Notes under the pieces: model-generated | Databases searched by the model: none | Seen by the model: the letters and a program-made list of their open reading frames with translations, nothing else | What the model was told of the DNA's origin: nothing | In this document: positions 22,194 through 31,799 of the stretch, one piece after another | How the letters are laid out: each line of letters begins with the position of its first letter | How positions within the stretch are numbered: position 1 is the stretch's first letter | Made by a program: the position numbers and the translations under genes | Virus record (IMG/VR): IMGVR_UViG_3300020388_000005 | Coordinates: 1-39,225 of that record | Direction: 5' to 3' (one strand) | From: a virus | Taxonomy: Duplodnaviria; Caudoviricetes | DNA length: 39,225 nucleotides

Positions 22194-23927
22194 TCAATAG
22201 GTGCCGCCATCGAGAACGAACGAGCTGGCCGTTCCGTTCGCGAGGAAAGTCACCACATCAGAAAGAGCAACCTGCTTCATCGTGCCAGCGTCGTTTAACA
22301 CCACGCGGTCAGCAGCTGCCAGCGTCGTTGAAGTCGCTGATGTTCCACCGTCTAATAGGTTTAACTCGGTGGTTGTAACTGTTGCCCCATCGAGAATCCC
22401 GATTTCGGTGGAGGTCAACGCAGCGAGTGCAGATGCACCGCCTGATTGACATGAGGAAAGAGCTGTTAAATCAGCCGCGAGCGTTTGAGCGCCAATGCTT
22501 GTACGTGCAGTTGCTCCAGTTTCGAGGACAAAATTAGAGCCATCACCAACGATGAAGCCACCATTAGTAACGGCCAGGCCAGCAATATCAGTGAGCTGGG
22601 CGTCAGAAGCTTGCTTCGCGTCTAGCTGAGTTTGAATGCTGGACGTGACTCCATCAACATAATTTAGCTCTGTAGTTGATAGCGTTGCACCATCAAGGAT
22701 TGCAACCTCTGTAGAAGTAAGCGCGGCAAGAGCGGCTGACGCTCCAGACTGACAACTTGAAAGGTTCGTTAAATCAGCTGCAAGCGTTTGAGCCCCAATA
22801 CTTGTGCGAGCGGTTGCGCCAGTTTCCAGAACAAAGTTGGAGCCATCACCAACAATGAAACCGCCGTTTGTTACAGCCAGGCCAGCTACATCAGCAAGTT
22901 GTTGATCGAAGGCTTGAACGTTTGCGCCGATTTCGAGGCCAAGGGCGCTTCTGGCAGCGGATGCAGAAGTTGCACCTGTGCCACCATCACCAACCGCAAG
23001 CGTTCCAGTAATGCTCGAAGCGTCCAGCTTTAAAGCAAGCTCGGCTGATTCAATAACAAGACCGCCATTTGCTTTTAAGTCGGCAGAAATTGTGCTGCCA
23101 GATTTCTGCAGGCCATCGCCTGCTGTAATTGCACCTGCACCAGAAAACTGAGTAAAACTCAGAGCGGTGGAGCCAACCGTGATAGTGCCGTCAGTAGTTA
23201 GGACAAAGCCTTGGTCCGCTCCAACAGTGCCCTGCTCAACAAAGACAAATGCACCAGAAGTAACTTCGCTGTCGGCGTCAAAGTCGCTTGAGCGTGCCCA
23301 GGTGCCGGACTTGCAGTCATAGATGCCGTTTTGTGATCCGGTGGACTGGTTTTTAACCAGAACACGCTCATCAGCAGAAACCGCGACCCCGTCAATCGTC
23401 TGCGTGCCAGACAGCGTGATGTTTGCCGTGGTGGCAACCTTGACTGAGCCTTTTACATCTAATCCGGTCTTGACTGCATCGACATAAGCTTTGGTCGCTG
23501 CATCTTGTGCCGAGGTCGGGTCAGTGACGTTGGTCAGCTTGTTCGAGTTGACGTCAATGTTGCCCGTCGGGGCAGCCATTTGATCGAGACGATTGACCCG
23601 AACACCAGTGTCAAAATCACTGATCTTTGTGTGGGCAATGCTTGGAATATCAGCAGCAACTAGCGACCTAAATGTTGGATTTGCATCAGACCCTGTTGTT
23701 GGCCCAGCAAGAACAAGGTTTGCGCCTTTCGCGTCGGTTTTGGAGATGAACGCGCCGGAGCCCCCCAAACTAATAATGGATGTCGCAACTCCACTGCCAT
23801 TATCCCCGAAGCCATAGTACAGTTTAAGATCTGACTCATTAAAAGCCAGTTCCGAACTAGCTAGAGACGACGGAGCACCATCCGCCCCTGAAGCTGCTCT
23901 CTTCTTGATGCGGATGGTGTTGGCCAT
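22194..23927 (-). CDS. Long tail/head fibre protein with an internal duplication
   Basis: 577 aa; DAATKAYVD, LSG.QTIDG, RVLVKNQ.....NGIY; ends LDGGTY. Confidence 0.8.
   Translation of the reverse strand: MANTIRIKKRAASGADGAPSSLASSELAFNESDLKLYYGFGDNGSGVATSIISLGGSGAFISKTDAKGANLVLAGPTTGSDANPTFRSLVAADIPSIAHTKISDFDTGVRVNRLDQMAAPTGNIDVNSNKLTNVTDPTSAQDAATKAYVDAVKTGLDVKGSVKVATTANITLSGTQTIDGVAVSADERVLVKNQSTGSQNGIYDCKSGTWARSSDFDADSEVTSGAFVFVEQGTVGADQGFVLTTDGTITVGSTALSFTQFSGAGAITAGDGLQKSGSTISADLKANGGLVIESAELALKLDASSITGTLAVGDGGTGATSASAARSALGLEIGANVQAFDQQLADVAGLAVTNGGFIVGDGSNFVLETGATARTSIGAQTLAADLTNLSSCQSGASAALAALTSTEVAILDGATLSTTELNYVDGVTSSIQTQLDAKQASDAQLTDIAGLAVTNGGFIVGDGSNFVLETGATARTSIGAQTLAADLTALSSCQSGGASALAALTSTEIGILDGATVTTTELNLLDGGTSATSTTLAAADRVVLNDAGTMKQVALSDVVTFLANGTASSFVLDGGTY
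22347..22907 (-). repeat. Diverged intragenic direct repeat, 2 x ~258 bp, 303-bp period
   Basis: Copies at 22347-22604 and 22650-22907 encode near-identical 86-aa units. Confidence 0.9.
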
Positions 23928-23930
23928 GGC

Positions 23931-24164
23931 TTAGAAGTTCCCGCCTTCTACAAGGCTGAGTTTAGTGGTGGTCGTGTCCGCCTTAAACTCCCCAGCTGAT
24001 GCGGAGTAATAGACGATGCTGTCATTTACTTTAGCGTCACCATTGAAAACGAAACCAGCCGACGCCGGACCTTGCGGACCTGTGGTTGTGATTGAAACGG
24101 TGTTAGTCGTCGTGTTTTCAACGACCGTGGTTTTGCCGTTTGTCGTGACGTTGACTGCTGTCAT
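23931..24164 (-). CDS. Small fibre-associated protein
   Basis: GPQGP motif; ends VEGGNF. Confidence 0.7.
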   Translation of the reverse strand: MTAVNVTTNGKTTVVENTTTNTVSITTTGPQGPASAGFVFNGDAKVNDSIVYYSASAGEFKADTTTTKLSLVEGGNF

Positions 24165-24502
24165 GGCGACGTGTAGCCCTCAGACACAAAAATAATCCCT
24201 TCTAGGTAATACTCACGCAGCCCGCTGCCATTTTCCAGCAGAACGTCGTAGTACAGCTCATCTATAAACGTTGCCGTCTGCGTGTCTGTCAGGCTGATTG
24301 TCACCTTGCCGTTTGTGCGGTCTGTGTAGGCAACTGTAAAATCAGCATATTTTGTGGAACGCGACTTGTCCCAGGCCTGCGCGTAAAGCGTGTAACCGGT
24401 CAAGTTAATGACCGTGTTTGTGCTGTCTTTGAACTGCAGAATTAAGCTCCAGTCGCTTCGGCGCTGAAGAACGAAGTTATACGTCCCAGGATTAACGGCC
24501 AT
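24161..24502 (-). CDS. Fibre anchor/baseplate-type beta-sandwich protein
   Basis: INLTGYT..AQ, G.V.ISLT..QT, YYDV......YLEG pattern. Confidence 0.7.
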   Translation of the reverse strand: MAVNPGTYNFVLQRRSDWSLILQFKDSTNTVINLTGYTLYAQAWDKSRSTKYADFTVAYTDRTNGKVTISLTDTQTATFIDELYYDVLLENGSGLREYYLEGIIFVSEGYTSP

Positions 24503-24532
24503 AACGCACCCCCTGAGATGAGTCTACTGTCT

Positions 24533-24793
24533 TCAAGAATACGGGCTAGCGCCAAGAAGGCTCGTGTCCCATGACGCCTTCAGTTCATCAGCTGTGGTTG
24601 CCGCGTCGATTGCAGAAGCAGCAGGTGCATCGCGCAAGGCTTGCTTTGCTGTGACAATTGCAGCAGTGTCAGCACTGGTTTCTTGAGCACGGGTGAACTC
24701 AAGATCTTGTGCCTGCAACAGAGGCAAGCGTGCTGCGCGAATTTTGTCGCGGTGGATGTCCTTTGCTTTGGACAGGTCAAATCCGATTGGCAT
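24533..24793 (-). CDS. Tail fibre assembly-like protein
   Basis: IR.AR...L...D.....A.E ... KQALRD.P. Confidence 0.7.
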   Translation of the reverse strand: MPIGFDLSKAKDIHRDKIRAARLPLLQAQDLEFTRAQETSADTAAIVTAKQALRDAPAASAIDAATTADELKASWDTSLLGASPYS

Positions 24794-24794
24794 G

Positions 24795-24992
24795 TCAGCT
24801 CTCCGTGTAAGTCCAGGCGTTGCGGAATGAACGGTCGCTAGGCACGTCCGCTACATCCACAATCTGATAAGCCTTGCCAGAAGGCACATCTTTGCGGGCA
24901 ATAGCTTCAACGCTTAAGCCGCAGTTGTCTGACGGGATGATGACAGAAACGCCACCGTCGTTATTGGGGAAAATAATGCGCTTGTCGCTCAT
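24795..24992 (-). CDS. Small tail-associated protein
   Basis: IARKDVP.G..Y.IVD...P.DR.FRNAW. Confidence 0.7.
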   Translation of the reverse strand: MSDKRIIFPNNDGGVSVIIPSDNCGLSVEAIARKDVPSGKAYQIVDVADVPSDRSFRNAWTYTES

Positions 24993-25309
24993 GGCTTAGT
25001 GGGCCAGGTAGGGTTTGCAGGATCGCTGGTGTTAGCGGGAAGATCCCGTAACGCCTGACGATAAGTCCGCATGTCTGCACTAAGAGTAGCGTCAGACAAT
25101 GCCAGATAGTCAGTCTCGGCAATTAGCTGATTGCGCTTGGTGCGTAGATCGTCCCAAAGGCGCTGCCCATTAAGGCGTGTAATTTCTGCTGTTACTTCAG
25201 CGTCAGTTGGTTGGGTTTGCTCCGTTTCAAGCCAAGTAACGGCATCATCGGTCATGAAAAACTCTGCGCCAGGGCACAAAGACTTAATTGCATCAAAAGT
25301 GCTAGTCAT
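24989..25309 (-). CDS. Tail fibre assembly chaperone-like protein
   Basis: LR..RN.L..ETD......YRQALRDLP.....P....WP.KP. Confidence 0.75.
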   Translation of the reverse strand: MTSTFDAIKSLCPGAEFFMTDDAVTWLETEQTQPTDAEVTAEITRLNGQRLWDDLRTKRNQLIAETDYLALSDATLSADMRTYRQALRDLPANTSDPANPTWPTKP

Positions 25310-25827
25310 CCTGCTACCTCTATGAGTGTGATTGATGAAGCAGCATTCGAGTTAAAAGCGTCATTGCCACTGTCCATGGTACGGTTTACAGCGTAACCAT
25401 TACTGCTGTTTGTTGTCCTAATTTGCGCTTTATACGTCACCGCTGAAGTAGTAGAAGGTGAGTCTAAATAAGGGACCGTGAATGGATTTATACTGTAAAG
25501 AGTGGTCCTGATGTTCCACCAAACGTTATCGTCATGATTGGATTGTGTCCCAACACCCCCACCGAAAGCATTGAAGCTGCCGCTACCAATCTGGCGCACT
25601 AATCGCGCTAGAGCCGAATGATTATTTTCCTTACTAATTGCTAATTGTGGAAGAATAAGAATCTTGCTAGACGTTGCCGATGGAGTAATCGATGCGCTAA
25701 ATAAGTCTGTATAAGAAGTTTGAGTGCCTGTAAAGGCTGTGGTGTTTTGCGTTGAAACAATCTGCTTTATAAAATTCAGGGCGGTGCCGCTGGTGTTTTG
25801 AAGCGCGTTGACTTTGAGGGTGCTCAT
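25306..25827 (-). CDS. Putative receptor-binding fibre tip protein
   Basis: MSTLKV start; ITPS..SSKIL, LDSP.TTSAVTYK and SITL.EVAG motifs. Confidence 0.7.
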   Translation of the reverse strand: MSTLKVNALQNTSGTALNFIKQIVSTQNTTAFTGTQTSYTDLFSASITPSATSSKILILPQLAISKENNHSALARLVRQIGSGSFNAFGGGVGTQSNHDDNVWWNIRTTLYSINPFTVPYLDSPSTTSAVTYKAQIRTTNSSNGYAVNRTMDSGNDAFNSNAASSITLIEVAG

Positions 25828-25833
25828 GATTGA

Positions 25834-26199
25834 TTAGCGAAAGATAGCTACAGAGGCAAATTCAACGTCAGTAAAGTTAGTAAGATCTAGGAACGCAACT
25901 TTTAACGTTGTTGAGGTAGGCGCTTGCCTTCCTCCGCCATCAACAGCGTTGTCACCAGATTTAATACCTGATACCGCAAACGAAAAATTTGCATCAGCCA
26001 TAGCATTTGTAAAAGTTACGGTGTATTGTCCCGTAGCATTATCCGTAATGCTGCTGACGTTGAAATCTTCTCTAATGGCAACCGTACCAGTGCCATTAAA
26101 GTTGACCCATGCCTTTGCCGTGCCGGATGCAATCCCTGCAGGTGTCGAGCTGTTGTTGCCCGACGTGTCTTGAATAGTGGCGACCTTAAGTGTGCTCAT
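25834..26199 (-). CDS. Putative fibre tip protein (paralogue A)
   Basis: MSTLKV start; AKAWVNFNGTGTVAIR..FNVSSITD. Confidence 0.7.
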   Translation of the reverse strand: MSTLKVATIQDTSGNNSSTPAGIASGTAKAWVNFNGTGTVAIREDFNVSSITDNATGQYTVTFTNAMADANFSFAVSGIKSGDNAVDGGGRQAPTSTTLKVAFLDLTNFTDVEFASVAIFR

Positions 26200-26202
26200 G
26201 GA

Positions 26203-26589
26203 TCAAGCTCCGAAAACAACGACAAAGAATAAATTTGAATCGACAAAACCGCTGCCGTGACTGGAAACCTTGATTGCTGCTGTGCCTGTTGTGATGCCCC
26301 CAGTAAAAGCGTTACCAAAAGCCTCGAATGAGCCACTACCATCTCCAGAATTGAACATCACTGGACAACAATCAGCCGCAACAGCGTTTGTAAAATTAAC
26401 TTGATACCGTCCAGTTGCTAGATCAGTAATCGAGCTGACGTTGAAGCTAGTTCTAATAGCAACCGTTCCAGTGCCGTTAAAGTTGACCCACGCTTTTGCG
26501 AGCTGACCAATCTCCGTGCCAGAGCTGTTCTTGAAGACAGGAGCGCCACTCCCCGTGTTCTGTAAATTGGCTGCTTTTATCGTGCTCAT
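26203..26589 (-). CDS. Putative fibre tip protein (paralogue B)
   Basis: Start moved to MSTIKA (26589); shares the AKAWVNFNG block. Confidence 0.7.
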   Translation of the reverse strand: MSTIKAANLQNTGSGAPVFKNSSGTEIGQLAKAWVNFNGTGTVAIRTSFNVSSITDLATGRYQVNFTNAVAADCCPVMFNSGDGSGSFEAFGNAFTGGITTGTAAIKVSSHGSGFVDSNLFFVVVFGA

Positions 26590-26590
26590 G

Positions 26591-27199
26591 TCAGACCACC
26601 GTCCAAGTGGCACCGGAACTTACCGTCACTGTAACTCCACTGGCAATCGCTATCGGCCCTGCTGACATTGCGTTTAACGTTCCAGCCAACGTGAAATCTG
26701 TGGTGACCGATTGGCCATTGGTGGTAAAAATTTGATCAGTTCCGCCGCCAGTTGCACCCGCGCCAAGCTGCCCCCATGCTGAACCCGAATAACCCTCATA
26801 CCGAGCGAGCGTTGAGTTGTAACGGATCATCCCGTTATTAGGGCTACCCGGACGCTGAGCTGTTGTGCCGACCGGGATGTCAATCGTCCCATTGCCGGAC
26901 ATCAGGATGTCGCCGCCAAACGTCGCCGTTCCGGTAAACGTTGGTGATGCAGCAAGAGCTAAGCCAAGGTTTGCCGTCCCAATGCCACCAACTGCACTGA
27001 CGTTGACGTAGGCATTGTTTGCAGCATTCCTGATTTTTAAGGTGTTGTCCCCAGAATCGACGTAAAACTGGTTTGCAAACGTCGTGGCCGGATCTGTAGA
27101 ACCGCTGTTGTTAGTCGCAATCGCAGACAGCGCATTATTAAGGTCGCCACGGAAGCTGGCTCCGCTTTGGTCTGCTAGGGAATAGTCATGTTGGCTCAC
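26591..27199 (-). CDS. Proximal tail fibre protein
   Basis: Follows gpJ; QHDY...QSGA.FR.DLN.AL, P.GTTAQRP, G.IRYN and C-terminal NAMSAGP. Confidence 0.75.
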   Translation of the reverse strand: MSQHDYSLADQSGASFRGDLNNALSAIATNNSGSTDPATTFANQFYVDSGDNTLKIRNAANNAYVNVSAVGGIGTANLGLALAASPTFTGTATFGGDILMSGNGTIDIPVGTTAQRPGSPNNGMIRYNSTLARYEGYSGSAWGQLGAGATGGGTDQIFTTNGQSVTTDFTLAGTLNAMSAGPIAIASGVTVTVSSGATWTVV

Positions 27200-27227
27200 A
27201 AGGCCCTAGCGCAGTGCTCCCGACAGT

Positions 27228-30200
27228 TTACGACTTGCCAAAGCCTGTCGCCATGTAGTTGAAATTGCGATCAACAATTGTGCTGCTGCTGTTTTTAAAC
27301 GTCACTGTGAATCCCGTGCGAGAAATGCTGGACAGCTCAAAGAAATCGCCCGTTGCCATATTTTGCGGCGTAATGCCAATCGTTGGCAACGCACTATTTG
27401 CTCCGCCTAAGCTGCTCGTGCCGGTGAAAAACGCATTTGTAAACGTCACTGCTTTGGCCGACGTTCCGCTAGCAATCGCTGAGGTGCTCTGCTCTGTGCG
27501 CTGCTGCATCTGCGCCTTGTAACCAAGCTCATCCACAAGTATGTTTTGAGCCGCATTGGATGATGTCAAAACAGCCTTGAACTGAAAAGCACGAGCTTTT
27601 AAAACACCATTCGCCAAAGGCTGCCAGGCGCTGTATGTCGGAGAACCAGACGGGTTGTCGTTGGTCTTTCGCACGTAAAGTTCCGCATTAACTTGATCAA
27701 CAACACCGCCATCAATATCTAACCAAGTATCAATCAACGCTGTTCGACTGTCCCAGGTATCGGTTGGATAGATACCGCGAGCTACTAAACGACGTTCTAG
27801 ATCCAAGCTGTAAACGGCTTCAAGGTCCAACGTGTCGGCAAAAGCATATTCACCAGTACCTGCAGTCAGGCCATCGCTGTCGAGAATTAAAGCGTCATAG
27901 GTCGAGTCGTAAGTCGTGTCGGTTTTGCTGCCGCTAAATGGCGTTGATAGCTGATCTTCGCGTTGTGTTTTAACGCCAAAAAATGTCTGTGCAACTGGTT
28001 GATCAACAACGATGCTGGTTTCTGTTGCGCTTTTACGGAGGCCGTCATCCTCAAACTTGACCAGATACTCCCCCTCTAAAAGAGGAACCGTCGCCTCTGT
28101 AGCACTACCTGCAATAGCTGCAATTAGATCAGTGCTGTTGCTCCAAGTTGCACTGCCATCAGCCAAGTTGCTGTGACGAATATGGACCTTGCCGCTGACC
28201 TTTACGTCGAGATCAACGGTTTCATCCCAGCGCAATCGTGCGCTGTTGTAATTCAAAGGCTCCAGGGTCAAGTTCTGAACATTGCCTGGGATTGCTGTTT
28301 TGCCTGCAAGCGTGAATGTCTGGGTAGTCGTAGGCCCAGCTCTCCCCACGTAACTGCGCGGCGTTACTTGTATCTCAAAGACTCCAGCCTTTAAGCTTCT
28401 TACTTGCGTTGACTGCGCCTCAGTTTCAATTTTTTCAAAATTATTGTCATTCAGGCGATAACGAACAATAAAATCTGTAACGTTGGCCACGGGGCTTGAC
28501 CAACTAATGTCAACGGCTGCCCTAACTGTCCCACCTTCTTCATACAAAAACTCAGCTGCCGACAAGTTAGTGACAGCAGTTGGCGTCGCAGTGATGTTTG
28601 TAATATCGCGTTGAGTCAGGTTTAAGTCTTGCTCAACCGCGTCGTAAATACTTTCATTGTATTTAATAGCAGTAACGCCAAAAGTACTGTCTTCGTTTTC
28701 CGCGACACTAATGACTCGAAACTGTTGAGATTGTATGTCTGTTGTTTGAATTAACCAAGGGGCAAAGGTTGCTGGGGCCTGGCTAAATGCAGAGCTGACG
28801 TTAATACCCGTGCCACTTATTGAATTAATGTCTCTTGTTTCAATTAAGCCGTTAGGCAAAATAACTGAAATAGTTGGGCTATTGCCCATGTTGACTGACA
28901 ATTCTGTCGTGCTGTCGATCGTTATTTGGGTTGTAGTGGCTGATGAAATACGCCCGTTTCTTCTTGTCACACTTCGTACAGGGTCTGCAATGTCCACAAC
29001 CATGCCAGGTCTAACAACAATGCCTGAATCAATACCAATGGCAAAATCACACGTCTCGTACAAATCTTGTTCGCTTAGCAGCGTCCATTTGCCAAGCCTG
29101 TTGGCTTGGCCTTGTGAATAACATCCAACTGCTTTGATGTCCTTGTTGTTGACGCCGTACTTAGCAACAGCATCAGCATTTTCAACGTACTCAAACGACA
29201 CCTCGCCAAGCTCGTCGTAGTTTTGGTATGCAACAGTCGCGCAAGTGTGGCGGCTGCGAATTGATGACCCGGAATATGAAAACATCCCATCAATCACATT
29301 TGCCGGGCCAAGCGTGTACTGAGCGTCAGAAGGCTTGTCCTGCAGTAATACCAACGAACCAGCGCCGTAGTAAGAGATGCCCCTAAAGATGCTGCTCATC
29401 TCTTGGATGACATTATAAACTTCTTTGCGCTGGTTGATCAGCAGATTGCAGCTGAACCGTGGCTCTTGGCCGCCTTTGCCGTCATCGACAAGCGTGTTGC
29501 AAAATTGAGAAACAGAAAAGAAATCATACCGATCCAGCGATGATTCAGGCACGGAGCATCCATACCTTTCATTTGTAAGTAAATCCCAAAGGCACCAGGC
29601 AGGATCTGAAGTGAAGTGAGTGCCTGATTTAAATTCACCATTCCAGATCCCGGAATACGTGATCCTTCCAATATGCGTTGTTGTATCTACTGTCGCATTG
29701 CTTGGAATTTTGACCTTAATGCCACGGATCAAATACTTGCGTTGAGGAATGTTTTTGAACGCGCTTGAATCAAAACGCAGCCCAACTATTGCGCTGTTTG
29801 GGTAAGCCAGTTTGGCGTCAATAATTGATGTAAAGCTCTGCCAGTTAGTTACGTTTTGCAGTCTTGACGATGAGCTGTCAGCTGTGTTGCGTAGTAATTT
29901 GATATCTACAGGGAATGCGCCGGTAAGCGTTATTAGATAGTCTCGCTGATAGGCACCGCTGGCTTTGCCTGAAATAATGTCAGTTTTGACGGTGTTAAAG
30001 CCACCGCCGTTGTACTGAACTTGAATGCTAATGCTGACGCTTGTGCCGACAATATCTCCATCGTTTTCAATATTTTGCAGAGCAGGAATTTGAATAGTTA
30101 CGCGGACACGATCAACATTTGAATCAGCAATTTGCCGCGTAATTGGCGAGGAATTTGTAAAGTTTACGCCGACAGCCGTTTCGTTTTCTACGTTGGCAAA

Positions 30201-30500
30201 AACGCCAGGGATATAGGTCTGTGATTGTGTGCCATTTCGGGTGGCAATAGTAAACCCCGAGAAATTATCATTCCCTCCAAGGTCTTCGACCGGCGTTCCA
30301 TCAAGAAAGATGCTTTTATTTCCATCGTCTAAGCCTTGAATTTCTCCTTCGCTTAGCAGATCAAGAACATTCGCAAACTGCTTTGATTGCAGCGAATCAT
30401 CACTTTCAGTCGGAGTACCGCCGCCACCACCGCCAAATTTGCCGCTACCGCCGCTGCTGCTGCCGCCGCCAGCACCTGCAATGTACTTTGATTTAGTCAT
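27228..30500 (-). CDS. Central tail fibre / tail tip protein J (lambda gpJ-like)
   Basis: 1090 aa; DLLSEGEI.G, YPNSA, DPAW...D.LT..RYG, EPRF.CN motifs; FN3-like segments. Confidence 0.9.
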   Translation of the reverse strand: MTKSKYIAGAGGGSSSGGSGKFGGGGGGTPTESDDSLQSKQFANVLDLLSEGEIQGLDDGNKSIFLDGTPVEDLGGNDNFSGFTIATRNGTQSQTYIPGVFANVENETAVGVNFTNSSPITRQIADSNVDRVRVTIQIPALQNIENDGDIVGTSVSISIQVQYNGGGFNTVKTDIISGKASGAYQRDYLITLTGAFPVDIKLLRNTADSSSSRLQNVTNWQSFTSIIDAKLAYPNSAIVGLRFDSSAFKNIPQRKYLIRGIKVKIPSNATVDTTTHIGRITYSGIWNGEFKSGTHFTSDPAWCLWDLLTNERYGCSVPESSLDRYDFFSVSQFCNTLVDDGKGGQEPRFSCNLLINQRKEVYNVIQEMSSIFRGISYYGAGSLVLLQDKPSDAQYTLGPANVIDGMFSYSGSSIRSRHTCATVAYQNYDELGEVSFEYVENADAVAKYGVNNKDIKAVGCYSQGQANRLGKWTLLSEQDLYETCDFAIGIDSGIVVRPGMVVDIADPVRSVTRRNGRISSATTTQITIDSTTELSVNMGNSPTISVILPNGLIETRDINSISGTGINVSSAFSQAPATFAPWLIQTTDIQSQQFRVISVAENEDSTFGVTAIKYNESIYDAVEQDLNLTQRDITNITATPTAVTNLSAAEFLYEEGGTVRAAVDISWSSPVANVTDFIVRYRLNDNNFEKIETEAQSTQVRSLKAGVFEIQVTPRSYVGRAGPTTTQTFTLAGKTAIPGNVQNLTLEPLNYNSARLRWDETVDLDVKVSGKVHIRHSNLADGSATWSNSTDLIAAIAGSATEATVPLLEGEYLVKFEDDGLRKSATETSIVVDQPVAQTFFGVKTQREDQLSTPFSGSKTDTTYDSTYDALILDSDGLTAGTGEYAFADTLDLEAVYSLDLERRLVARGIYPTDTWDSRTALIDTWLDIDGGVVDQVNAELYVRKTNDNPSGSPTYSAWQPLANGVLKARAFQFKAVLTSSNAAQNILVDELGYKAQMQQRTEQSTSAIASGTSAKAVTFTNAFFTGTSSLGGANSALPTIGITPQNMATGDFFELSSISRTGFTVTFKNSSSTIVDRNFNYMATGFGKS

Positions 30501-30502
30501 GG

Positions 30503-31093
30503 TCAGACTTGATCAACGTCAAGGCCAGCGGAAATAACTGCCGATCCAACAAATACTCGCCCATAAGCTATTGGGACGGGGACTCCTTGGCGAACTGTGT
30601 TGCCAACCCCGCTGAAACTGTTTGATTCCAACTTCGATGCTTCTCTTGGTGGCTTGGGCACAGGCGAAATCATTTGAGCAATCCCGCCCAAAATTAAAGC
30701 GCCGCCAAACAAACCAACCTTTGTTACCAATGCACCGCCAAGGCCAATGCCAAGACCAGGGATAAAAACTGCAGCAGCGACCAGCCCAATTCCAAGCAAA
30801 ATTGAACCGAAACCGCCACGACCAGCACCAATCAAAACGGGAGTGATGCTGAAAACATCTTGCTCACTCCACGGTGCAAACATGCCCGACATGTTGTCGT
30901 TGTGGACTTTTTGCTTGCCTACCGTGACGCGATAAGCAACGCCACGTTTTTCGCTGTCAATCAACCACCGCTCAAGTTGCGGGAAATTTGCAAGCAGAGC
31001 ATTCATCGCTTGAGCAGGCGTGTCAGCGACAAACTCAAATCGAGTCTTGCCCAGCAGTTTGCGCAGTGCGCCGTAGACCTTAACGACTTTCAT
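30503..31093 (-). CDS. Tail assembly protein I (lambda gpI-like)
   Basis: YG.L...G N-terminus, hydrophobic Gly-rich segment, QG.PVP..YG...VGS..IS. Confidence 0.88.
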   Translation of the reverse strand: MKVVKVYGALRKLLGKTRFEFVADTPAQAMNALLANFPQLERWLIDSEKRGVAYRVTVGKQKVHNDNMSGMFAPWSEQDVFSITPVLIGAGRGGFGSILLGIGLVAAAVFIPGLGIGLGGALVTKVGLFGGALILGGIAQMISPVPKPPREASKLESNSFSGVGNTVRQGVPVPIAYGRVFVGSAVISAGLDVDQV

Positions 31094-31799
31094 GCCTATG
31101 CCTCAAGGCGCAAGCTACGTTCTTCAAATAGTAGCCGCCTAGAACATCGCGACTAGATAGCCGCCCTTGAACGTGATGCAAGATCAACTGGTCGCCCAAG
31201 TAAATCGCCGCATGGTTTGCTACTGGCGAGACAAGATTCATGAGCAACGCATCGCCACGTTGCACCTCTGCAAGCGGTATTTGCCGAAAGCCTTCTTTTT
31301 CAAAGTTTTCTATGTAGAGATTTTCGCCATGCTCCCACCACTTGTTACGACGTGGATAATTACGCAGCTCAAGCCCAAACTCACGCTTGTACCAATCACG
31401 GCACAGGCTGTAACAGTCCACCACACCGTGTGAAAACTCACGCCCCACATAGGGCAACTCAAACCCTTCGGGCTCGCAGTAACCCCAGTTCTCAGTGTTT
31501 GGGTTGACGATGTGCCAAGGCAGCCCGCTTTGCTCACATGCAACGCGATCGGCTGGTGATGGATTGTGGTTCGTTGTCGGATGGCTGTGAATTACAGCAA
31601 CGATTTCGCCTTTGTCCTCTACTGCTGCATAGTCAGCCGGGTCTAGGACAAAATGCTCATCCGGCGTATCAGCCAAGTTTTTGCAAGGGAAAAAACGACG
31701 CTTTCCCTTAACTACAGCCACCAAGCCGCAGCACTCTTTAGGGCTTTCTTTTTTTGCATGAGCCATGATCAGGCTCATAATTGAAGGCGGCAACATCAT
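31080..31799 (-). CDS. Tail assembly protein K (JAB/MPN plus NlpC/P60)
   Basis: ECCG, HSHP...PS.AD, DCYSL, NHAAIY, LHH. Confidence 0.92.
   Translation of the reverse strand: MMLPPSIMSLIMAHAKKESPKECCGLVAVVKGKRRFFPCKNLADTPDEHFVLDPADYAAVEDKGEIVAVIHSHPTTNHNPSPADRVACEQSGLPWHIVNPNTENWGYCEPEGFELPYVGREFSHGVVDCYSLCRDWYKREFGLELRNYPRRNKWWEHGENLYIENFEKEGFRQIPLAEVQRGDALLMNLVSPVANHAAIYLGDQLILHHVQGRLSSRDVLGGYYLKNVACALRHRHESR

Noticed and set aside
22347-22907. Diversity-generating retroelement template/variable repeat pair
   Set aside because: No reverse transcriptase; both copies lie within one ORF and differences are largely synonymous rather than adenine-specific
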